Below, one piece after another: positions 12,181 to 22,200 of a stretch of 64,000 bases of DNA. The notes beneath the pieces were generated by a model, which was not told where the DNA came from, searched no databases, and saw nothing but the letters and a program-made list of their open reading frames with translations. The stretch comes from Styela clava (lineage: Eukaryota), in NCBI RefSeq assembly GCF_964204865.1, contig NC_135259.1:11594001-11658000 (forward strand). The letters are read 5' to 3'. A program made the translations under genes and the position numbers. How positions within the stretch are numbered: position 1 is the stretch's first letter; every line of letters starts with the position of its first letter.

Positions 12181-14256
12181 TCAACTTTTATTTGTTTGTA
12201 ATTTACTAGAAAACCACGAGCTTAGAGATGTTTTAGCAGATCCAATAGCACTTCCAAGATATCTTCCTGTATTAACTATTGTATCATTTGCGTTTGATAA
12301 TGCGCCCTCAATTTTTCTGCCTTGCTCACTGTTTTGCAATCGATGATGCAATCGTAACTTCATATCATTGATTGAATATTGTGCATGAAATGGATGTTGA
12401 TATTCAGATTCACCATCAATCACTTTGTGATCTCCTGTCTTCCATATTCTATAGTTTTTTGTGCGTTTCCAAGATGCTAAAAATGCCTCATTATAATCTT
12501 GTAACAGTTTTGGGTCTATCTCATCTTGGATCGTAATTGAAAGCATTTTTTGTAAATATTCTTCAAATAAACTCCGCAGCCATTCGTCTCCTCCTTTCCA
12601 CACTGTTGCCACATTATGAAAAACATCTGCATCATCATCATCTTCACAAATATTCGAAACAATATACTCCGCAAAACGCAAGTCGGCAGAAGACAAAGCA
12701 AGTTGTCTTTGAAGCGATAAATCATGGAAAATGATTTCAGAATTTTCGACGTCGATAACAACATCAGAGAGTTCTTTACGAGTTTTGAATAAAATATTTG
12801 TGGCACCCACAACAAATCCTTTTCTTGAACCTTGGTTTAATAGATCATGATGTTGTAATGAAATATATGGAAGACATAAATTCCCATCTGTAAATATATT
12901 CAGTGGAAATCCATAATCATCCAAATTATATGAAGCCGGTTTTAGGTTATCGTATAACAATGTATCCTCAACTTGTGTAGTTTGTAAGGTCTGTGGGCTT
13001 ATCTTCTCCGGAGAATCCATTGCCATTTCAAGCCTTGCATTTCCCAGTTTAAGAATGTAATTTTCCTCATCATCATGCTCTGGATCTAAGTGATGATAGG
13101 CAGGTGAATCTTCCATTTGTTCATTGGTTTCAGGACTCTCTTGAGCAGGTCTAAAAAATCCGAGTTTGCCGGCAATTCTAGTAGCAATACCACTAGATCG
13201 TTTGATACTCTGCCCATCTAGTGGAGGCTTACTAATATCTGTATCATCTGTTTTTAGACTTCCCAAAATTACTTCATTGGGAAATTCGTCATTATCAAGT
13301 GGTTTTTCAAGTAATTCAAAGCCTTGTTCGTCTGCTTCAGATTTCTCATGACTTTCAGATTCTTCAGCTGTATTCAATACAATATCCTCTTCCATAGAAT
13401 CAGAACTACTTTCATCTTTTATTACATTTTTGAGCAAGCCATTAACACTGGATGGATTGACAGTATCTACAACAATTTCCAGTTTTGATTCACTTTCATC
13501 CTGAATATTTTCATCTTTGGAGATATTTTTGTTGTCAGGGATCACAGTGCATTCAGAAAGACCAACTTCAATCATGCGAGGAAACAGTGAAAGGAGTGAT
13601 AATAAAGCGCCAACTAATTCACTGGCAGGTGTTGCATAAAATACAACACGTTTTTCCAGTAAAATTAGTTTGAATAGAATGAGCAATTTGTGTTTAAAAT
13701 TAGTCAGTAACTTTCTTACAGACAATCCAAAAAATAAATGTGACTCATCGGGTACGCTGAGTGACGCATTGATGTGATCATACAATTCTTGCAAAACATT
13801 TTTCTGTGAAAAATTTTCCAAAAAGGCATTTGTTATGACTGGCAGTTGTAGTTTTGCGTGAATTAAGCCAAATGCAGGTACTTTACTCAATATGACAACA
13901 CTTTTCTGTACTGTACCACGAGTGATGTCAGCGTCCCTTTGGGTTAATTGGTTGGCGTCTACCTGTCGACAATATGACACACAGTACACTGTTTGCTTCA
14001 ACTCAAACTCTTTTCTTGGTGGCAAGTGAAAATAAACAACGTCCTCTGGAAAGTTATGCGCACCATCCGGCATGGCAAGATATGGTAGAAACTTCCATTC
14101 TTCGGGCAAAAACAGCTTGTCCCCGGACTCGCAACTCTCCTTTAAAGGCGGATACGCATACTCCAAAACGCAACCCTTCTTATGATGAAAGCCGATCAAA
14201 AATACATGGTGAAGATTGCCTTGCTTCGTGAAGACTCCGCCCAAATCTTCCGCCAT
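12181..14256 (-). CDS. AVL9: Late secretory pathway protein AVL9 homologue (DENN-like), single coding exon, 691 aa
   Basis: Motifs GFHHKKGC, LPYLAMPDGAHN, SYCRQ, TRGTVQKSV, ILFKLILLEKRV, LCLPYISLQ, VGATNILF, LSSADLRF, WKGGDEWLR and HPF. First ATG is at 14256; the ORF track starts at an upstream GTG. Confidence 0.95.
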   Translation of the reverse strand: MAEDLGGVFTKQGNLHHVFLIGFHHKKGCVLEYAYPPLKESCESGDKLFLPEEWKFLPYLAMPDGAHNFPEDVVYFHLPPRKEFELKQTVYCVSYCRQVDANQLTQRDADITRGTVQKSVVILSKVPAFGLIHAKLQLPVITNAFLENFSQKNVLQELYDHINASLSVPDESHLFFGLSVRKLLTNFKHKLLILFKLILLEKRVVFYATPASELVGALLSLLSLFPRMIEVGLSECTVIPDNKNISKDENIQDESESKLEIVVDTVNPSSVNGLLKNVIKDESSSDSMEEDIVLNTAEESESHEKSEADEQGFELLEKPLDNDEFPNEVILGSLKTDDTDISKPPLDGQSIKRSSGIATRIAGKLGFFRPAQESPETNEQMEDSPAYHHLDPEHDDEENYILKLGNARLEMAMDSPEKISPQTLQTTQVEDTLLYDNLKPASYNLDDYGFPLNIFTDGNLCLPYISLQHHDLLNQGSRKGFVVGATNILFKTRKELSDVVIDVENSEIIFHDLSLQRQLALSSADLRFAEYIVSNICEDDDDADVFHNVATVWKGGDEWLRSLFEEYLQKMLSITIQDEIDPKLLQDYNEAFLASWKRTKNYRIWKTGDHKVIDGESEYQHPFHAQYSINDMKLRLHHRLQNSEQGRKIEGALSNANDTIVNTGRYLGSAIGSAKTSLSSWFSSKLQTNKS

Positions 14257-14616
14257 CACTAACTGACTGACGACAGGCGGGCACGAATTTGAATGCTAAC
14301 CTAATGCTTTACCTAATGGGCTCTCGTACAAAACGCTCAACTAGACAAGTGAGTCTCGTGACCGCCAGTCGCTTATTTGTTTGTCCGCAGCCGTTGAGGG
14401 GATTTCCCTATCTATCCCAGCATGGAATTGTTCGAAAAGTATATTCACTTTGGAAACCATAAGATCCTACTTCGACTATGAAATTTCTGTGTGTTTGTTG
14501 GGTACAAAATATAACTATAGATCCCTTTGTTATTATGTTGTTATTGGCGAAAGTATTCGTTTTCTTGTTGTTATGGTTGTTGTGGAAAGATCGGATTTCC
14601 CTTCAACTGGATCGAT

Positions 14617-15050
14617 GGACCTTTCCCCGAGCATCGACTTTCTTGTTTACTACGTGACATTTGCCAATCAGCAAGACGCACAAAGTGACGTAACAATTCT
14701 CCCTCTGTGCATCCGATCCGTTTTCGCACTCTATTCGTTAGTTTTCGGTTGTGTTTCGAAAATTCAAATATAAATCAGATAATTTAATGATCACTTTGTC
14801 TTCATAAGAGTTTTAATTTAACTGCAGTAAGAAAATAGTGTAGAAATAGCTGTGATAGACTAGGCTAAAATTCTTTATCGGTACTTTTAAAAAACAGATT
14901 GTTGTATGCGGTGAATCATAATGACGATTTGAAACAAATACCCAATTTTACAGCCGCCAACTCGCAAAACCACACTTAAAATGAGCCCCGAAAATATTGC
15001 AATGGTAGATGGGAGGAATTTTTCGGGGGTCATAGCTCGGGGAAAATTCC
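14617..15050. mobile_element. MITE of an abundant family (TIR GGA(C/A)(C/T)TTTCCCCGAGC, flanked by AT; possibly ISL2EU/PIF-like)
   Basis: Inverted termini at|ggacctttccccgagc ... gctcggggaaaattcc|at. The internal sequence recurs at ~16630-16790, ~25920-26240, ~29220-29940 (split), ~42885-43395 and ~43475-43640. The superfamily call is tentative. Confidence 0.65.
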
Positions 15051-15282
15051 ATTGCTTCAAATTTATCAGTGGTTGAAGATTGTTGCTATCGCTAGAAGCG
15101 TAAATATATACTACTACGCTAGAAGGCTATTACAATCTGTAACCACTGAAAGTTTTAAATCAATTGGTCAAGCAGTTGATGAAAAATATTTTTCCATCCA
15201 ACAAGAACATGCAAAATAATTCTAACAACAACATACCGTTATGGATGTATTCCCGACCCTTCGCACCACAAAAATTTTACGA

Positions 15283-15620
15283 CACGGCGGTGTGGCTCAT
15301 CGTGCTAAGCGTTAGAAATACGCTCACCACGGCACTTCTGATTACTTTGCGTGGGTTCGCGGGTTCGAATCCCATGCGGGGATGGTTATGTGCGAGAGGA
15401 TCGCTGGACTCCTTGTCGCGGTAGTGTGGTTCACGTAATCGCTGGTCGGTCACGGCTTCCTCCACCATAAAGTCCATGCTTCCGAAAACAAATAACTAAC
15501 TACCCCATACCGGTACCCGACATGGACTAGTATCCGGACGACAGACCGTGGTTTGCTATATGGTTAAGCGGTTTTATTGGCTCTCCTCTCCATCGGGATA
15601 AATATGTAAATCCTATTCTA
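15283..15620 (+). mobile_element. tRNA-derived SINE, near full length
   Basis: tRNA-like head GGCGGTGTGGCTCATCGTGCTAAGCG (A box) and GGTTCGAATCC (B box, 15362-15372), then a ~250-bp body shared with the inverted copy at 6251-6525. Confidence 0.8.
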
Positions 15621-15689
15621 TGCTATACTTTACTATTGCAATTCTTTGGATGCTTATTGGACACGTTAGTTGAAATAACGATCGTTTTG

Positions 15690-16060
15690 GGACACGTTAG
15701 TGGACTCTTTTGATTACTGGACCAATTGCTTTGAAATTTTCAGTGCTTGAAAATTAAATTTTTCGCGACCAGGCTGTTACTTTTATTTATTTCAGGTATA
15801 CCGGTGAGCTGCATGGGATTCGTTTTTATGTGCTATGACGTCATCCGAATTTGTCAATATGTGTCGCTACGTGTCCATATATTTGAGCATAGCTCCCTTG
15901 TTCTTTGACACATAATTTCATCGATAATAAAAAAAAACTTTTCTCATTGATTACTGGACCAATTGCTTCGAAATTATCAGTGGTTGAATATGGAATTTTT
16001 CTCTAGGAGGCTGTTACTTTTATTTTATTTTTCAAATTTTTCGTGAATCCTATGAGATTC
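15690..16060. repeat. Dispersed repeat with internal tandem duplication (ttgattactggaccaattgct...gctgttactttta)
   Basis: The unit is seen at ~15710 and ~15948; related fragments at ~15050-15135, ~34640-34780 (inverted) and ~36390-36460. Confidence 0.6.
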
Positions 16061-17096
16061 AATATTTGATACAAAATTTTGCTGTATTACTCTTTAACCA
16101 TTGGAACACGATTTTTTAATCCGCCAAGCGCGACAGCCGATTCTGGGAATTCTTGCTCAAGTAGAATTTTGAGGTTACCACTTACCAGTACTGTACTGAT
16201 ACCCAACCCGCAATGTTGCGAAGGTAAGGTAAACTACTGCTTCGCTTGATGTTCATATATTTGTAGACAGCGTTACTTACTGTTATAATACCGCAGTAAC
16301 TCGAATCATTTGGTAAGTCAATTCACGTTAAAACAGAATCATCACAGATTCTGTAAAATTCGTGTACCGGTAACAGTGCCGCTTTACCGATATGAAAGCC
16401 CAAACTGTCTCTTGAAGGGGGGCTTGTAGTCACAGTTATATTTCATGTCTTTTAAAATGGGGGCTTCTTTGAAGTCATTAAACTGCGCTTGGTGTTAATA
16501 TATTTGTAGACTGTGGTATCTGCTGTTACGTGTCTATATATTTGAGCCTAGCTCTCTTGTTTTGCGAGAGCGATTCATTTTCAATAAAATATACAACCAC
16601 ATGCCTCTTACGTGGACTAATACGGTAGCAAATTTTAGCCTAGTCTATTGCAGCTTTTCCAGGACTAATTTTTGATTATTGCAGATAAACTAGACTAGAG
16701 CTTATCGGAAGATATAATGACAAATAAAATAATTCATTTACAACTTATTTTTGAAAGCACAGCTGAAAACTGACAAATAACTTGTACTAAATCGCGATGC
16801 TTCTTCAATGTAGTGTAAATTTGAAGTGAAGTATTGTATTACATGGGGATGGCCGAATACTATTTGCATATTCAGATATTCCAAAAGTTTCCCAAAATCG
16901 AGAACCTACTATATCGGGCTGTCGATTTTGAGACCTAGATTTCCAGATCTAGAATCCCGGTCTCTAATGGACAATTTGCATATCTACATATTTCAGAATT
17001 TTTCTAAAATCTAGAATATACTATATCGGATAATATAAACTTACAATATGTTTGAATATTCAATAGGTAGTGAAGGTCAGACGTTGCGGTACCAGT

Positions 17097-18307
17097 CAGG
17101 GTTGCCAGATCCCAGCGATCAAAAAAAGCCAAATCAAGACACAAAAAAGCCAGAAAAAGCCAACAATTTTACCAAGTACAAAAGCCCCATGATTAGTCAG
17201 ATTTTAAGCCCTTGGCAACGTACTGATGATGATGAAGACGTAAAGCCATCATGTCATTCAGTGAGGCACACAAATAGAAAGTAAATTTCCTATAGAACTG
17301 TAGAAGGTGAAATAAATATCAAGTGGACAGAATTATTTTACCATTCAATATACAAGACGGGGTGCCGCTTCAGCATGTAATATACCTACATGTTTCTACT
17401 TAAACTTGCAATATACCTTAAAAAATTCTCCCTATATTGTATCTTACTATAGAAAAAATTCAACTTTTCAAATTTATAAATCATCAATTTCATTAAAAAT
17501 TTATCTAACGCCGTGCCTCTCACAGGTGAACCACTGATATCTAATTCAGTAATTTTAGCGTAGTTAATCACATCGTTCGTGAGACTAAATTTTGATTACT
17601 GCAATTGCAGAATTAAACTAGAGCTCACATAAACCATATCAGGCATAATGAAAATTGGGTGCTCCCGAAGTATGCGAACCAAGATGGCGGACATCGGAAC
17701 GTAACATGGGTAACAGGTTAGGGTTAGGCGATATTTTTTTTTCAATTTTCCTTATTTTAGTCCTATTATCAGTTCGAAGACTAGCCAAGAGCCTCCCGTA
17801 GTATTTATACCTAAAATTATGGCCTAACCCTAACCTAGTACACATATTACATTCCGATGTCCGCCATCTTGGTTCGCATACTTCGGGAGCCCCGAAAATT
17901 GAGTTATACAATTACTTTTTGGAAACAGAGCCAAAAACTGACAAATAACACGCAAAACTATGAAAACCAGGCAATGTTTACAACCCCGCTTGAACATCTG
18001 TCTGAGCAGCTGCGGAAACTGCAATTATTTCTTATTGGGTATGGTTAAGAGTTAATGTAACAAACAAGGGAATCGATGCTCCAGGAAAGCCTGATGTTAA
18101 GTAGCTAAGTGCAGGTAATAGACTATTGTTCAGTTGTTGAACACTAAATATTGTATTTTATATGATTTTAATAATAGACACTAGAATAGACTTGAAAAAA
18201 GCCAAAAAAAACGCCAAAAAGCCAAACGGAAATTCTGACGCCAAACGCGTTTGAAAAAAGCCAAAAATGGCAAATTTGGCGTTAAAAAAGCCAATATGGC
18301 AACCCTG
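17097..18307. mobile_element. Non-autonomous hAT-type element (Blackjack-like TIR CAGGGTTGCCA) with 8-bp TSD GTACCAGT
   Basis: TIRs at 17097 and 18297-18307, TSD at 17089-17096 and 18308-18315, subterminal AAAAAGCCA repeats. A second decayed copy lies at ~41890-42830. Confidence 0.85.
17658..17893. mobile_element. Palindromic MITE with long TIRs and 8-bp TSD GAAAATTG, nested in the hAT element
   Basis: About 70-bp inverted arms (gctcccgaagtatgcgaaccaagatggcggacatcggaa...ggttagggttagg), TSD at 17650-17657 and 17894-17901. The site is empty in the second host copy at ~42510. Confidence 0.85.
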
Positions 18308-19281
18308 GTACCAGTTGTCCACTGTGGCCATATATAGAAAGGGAGTGTGCTTCTCTCTCATTTCTGCGGGATCAATTGAAGGCTCTCTCGTTTCGACGAT
18401 AGACTTCCAACTTTTCCGTGGCCATAATGCATTTCTTACGATATTAAAAAATTGGGCACTCTGATGCCACTGCTACCATTGCAATGAAAATTTATAACAC
18501 TACTTTTGGGTGAGACAATAACATTCGCTTACTGCAGAAATTATTGCAGGATTGTTCGTCAGTCAAGGCACACGATATTTGGCAAATTCATTTCTAAACC
18601 TTGGCTGCAGCGAAACTTGCATTTGTTACTAATATGCTCTATCAGGCTTGCCAGTTGCTAGACTCAAATGCTGCATGTGTATATGGTATTTTGCGCGTGT
18701 ACAGTGCTGTATTATTGTATTGTTTTAAAACACACAACAAACGCTGAATGAAACTGGTTCAAGGCAATTCTGGTAGGTATGTTATTAACTTCACTCAACA
18801 TCAGACGCGATCGACTATTCGAGACGTGGCGATCGACTTGTTGGCCACCCCTGGTGTACAGCATTACAGCAAATGGGCCAGATGATTGTGAAACAGATAA
18901 ATCAAACCAAGACAAGAGCTGTTTTCTATGGAAAATAGCTTTACATGTTTTTATAGCTGTAAACTTTATTTTCAGCCAAAAGGTCATATCACTTTACCCT
19001 TGCTTTTGTAAACTGTTGAAAATTGAGAATCTGATATTTTCGATTAAAAATAACTTTTCAATTTAGCAAGACCAAATATATGTTTAATATAACTTATTGA
19101 AAGCAATTTTGCTTATAATATATATATGTTAAGGTAATTAGGCAAAATATATAGCAGCTCGAAGCAAGACAAGTAGCACTCACTTTTATAAAAAATGCGA
19201 GTGATGGACAGATTGACAAAGCTCTGTTTTTGTAAAAAAAAAACGTTGCAAATCTCTTTGAAAATGGTGATGGCAATTTTT

Positions 19282-22200
19282 CTACCAGCCGCTAGCTTCT
19301 GCTCCTTTGTCACGAGTGTCAGAAAATGCGTAGATAGCGGAAGAGTCACATTTGATTGCATTCACTCGGCCCATTTTACATGCTTCCTCCTGTAGAATAC
19401 GATTGTTTGCGTATGATCAGAGTTATACATAGCTATATTGGGATGAATATACCGCAAAACTAAGTTAATACAGGAATGTTAAATTTTACCAGCGTAGAAG
19501 TCTAACTCGGAAGAATATTGTTAAAATTTTGAAATGAAAAAAAATATATTAGTTATTTAAATACAAACCTTGCTCCTTTGTTTGAAGATTTTCTAAGTTA
19601 CAGATGAAAAAGTATCTACCAAACTTTACAATAGTAGAAAAAAAGCATCTTTGTAATTCCATGTGGAAGAAAAAAAAGACCAATACATGAGTTTTTCCTC
19701 TAGAATACTTCCTAGGACCTAGGACACGCTTTTTATCACATAGACATAAGGCTCAAAAGTGTCTAACTAGTTTCTCCCACCTGATCAATGTATACCACAA
19801 TCGATAGTAAATTGTCTTTATACTCTAAAGCAGGGGTCACCAACCCGTTGCCCACGGGCAACAAGTCGCCCGTGAAGACCACATGAGTCGCCCGCGGGTC
19901 TGTTCCAAAATAAACTTAATAACGGCGCTGATAAGTAAGCTACAACAATTAATTTTTGCCATGTTATTCTTGTAAAAAATCACACTTATATAACACTATG
20001 TTAAATATTATGGTAACGATCAATATAACTTTTATTTGACCGCAGTAATGTGACGGATCATTTAATACTCTCCCAATTATGACATCACACAGATGGTCAA
20101 CTTCCACGAACCTGCGGCTTTCGTATCCGTTGATTTGTGGAGCAGCAATGCCAATAATACAATTATTGATTTCAAAGAAAATTGAAAAAAAACCTACCAT
20201 TTTTACGATGAACGGAAGGTGGATTTCCTTTTACCGCCGTGAAAACAGCTCGCGTATGTCTCATTTGCGTGGAGTTTATAGCGACGACAAAGCGAAGAGA
20301 CATTTCACATCTTGTCACTATATATCCATTGGTCAGCGCAGTACGGGCAGAAAAAGCTGCCTTTTAATTCAAACGGCAATTCTATGTTACGAGATGGCTT
20401 GTACCAGTGTTTGGTACAAGCCATCTTAATGAATCAACATTTTTGGGCATGAACTTCACAAGGAACTAAGCACGGAATACGCCATACTGAGGAAGACCCG
20501 CTCAGAGTTGCATTGTCAAGTTACACGCTGGAGTACAACACACTGGTGGAAAGCATTAGACCAGATTTGTTCGATTTGGGTTTTCTCCTTGTTGAAAACA
20601 AGATATTCATATTAGTTAAATGTGTTTGTAAATGTAATATTCGGCAGTTCAACTGTTAAGTTCATTTCATCTTAGGGTTATGCAGGGTGTTTGTAAAAAA
20701 AAAAGTAGGTACACATTGTGGTTTCCGAAAATATTATTTTAGTGATCACTTTAAAATCAATTTGAAAAACACTTAGTTTGAAAATGGAAGGGTCATTGCT
20801 AGTAATTTATTTGCTACGTTGTGATAATTGTTTGATTTCCTGAAGAATCCTAAAGTTTATCAGTGTTTTTACTTGACTAAATATCAGTAATTATCAATAA
20901 TTGAAGGTTAATCGAGCAAATTGACCCGAATTGAAAATTTTAAAGTGTGCATTGAACTGGTAGCCCTCGGCTTAATCGTTACCCAGAATGTATCCCTCGG
21001 CTTCGAAAAGGTTGGTGACCCTGCTCTAAAGTCTAAACAGCGTCAGTAGCCCCGCTGTGCGTGATTTAATTCCGGTGGTATCAGGAAAAATGATAAACAC
21101 AAACTAATATTTTTGTAAATACTTCAGCACTAATACTACTAACTGCTTATATCCATGAACTATTGAATCCCACAAAACCTGGCATATATATTCGAACAGC
21201 AAGGGTTTGAAGCATATAATAACCTCATGTTCTTGGGAAAGTGTTTTTATTTTGTACTAAAATAAAAGCTGCTATCGTTTATTTATACTTGGCAATTTTA
21301 TTATCCAATTATTCAAATGAATTCAATAATAATTCATATATATATAATATATACTTAGAAACTTACAACGTTGTGTCCCATCTCTTTCAAGTTTTGAATA
21401 ATATCACCATCGAAACCAGCTTCGTAATAAAGAACATCCGGTACCAAAAAATCATGAAATCGTTTGTCTTTTATTGCATCACCAATATCATTTATACCAA
21501 AATACAAGGATCTGAAAAGTATAGATGAACAAGTAGAAGTGTAAATGTTCAGCTATACGAAAACTTGCATCATTGTTAACTGAGAATATGAAATGTATCC
21601 ATCAACTGGCGAAACAAGTCGGTTCACTGAATATCCGAGTTTTGAGCTCGAAGACCGGGACATTTAGATTGTCAAAATAGGTATAGTGACTAACAGTTTC
21701 GAGTCGTATCTGTTTTTTCAAATAGACCATTTGCCAAAGGGGAATTTTTTCTTCCTTCGCGGCTATCGAAAAACATCAATAGTATATATAACAAAAAAAC
21801 TGCAATAATCAATCTAATATACCTACTTAAGCATAACATTGGCCACTGCTCCTGGAATTCGGAAACCTCCCGAACCCCCAATGATAAAAGCTGGATCGCC
21901 ATTGCTGTCCAGAAATATAGCAGGCGTCATACAAGATAATGGACGTTTACCTCCCTCTATTTGGTTTGTCGCAGACAAATGAGAATCATGTTCATTGTCG
22001 CCATCTTGAGGAATGTAGAAAAGAAATTTATAGTACTGATTCAATGTTCCATACATCAGTGAACGTGATATTTATGCAAATACGACATACTAAGAAATGA
22101 AAATAACATGAATTCATTTAAAAATAATTAAATACATACTTGGATACGAAAAATCTGCCATTTCGTTGTTAAATACGATTCCTGTAGAAGGCGACATTAT

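Noticed and set aside
12516-14231. Overlapping and antisense ORFs within AVL9
   Set aside because: Shadow frames of a long CDS with no motifs.
14381-14773. 130-aa plus-strand ORF divergent from AVL9
   Set aside because: Starts at TTG, runs into a MITE and has no recognisable domain.
15286-15376. tRNA gene
   Set aside because: A and B boxes are present, but there is no proper cloverleaf and the sequence continues into a body shared with another copy, so it is a SINE head.
17716-17835. Interstitial telomere or chromosome fusion site
   Set aside because: Only about two TTAGGG units per arm, embedded in MITE TIRs with a TSD.
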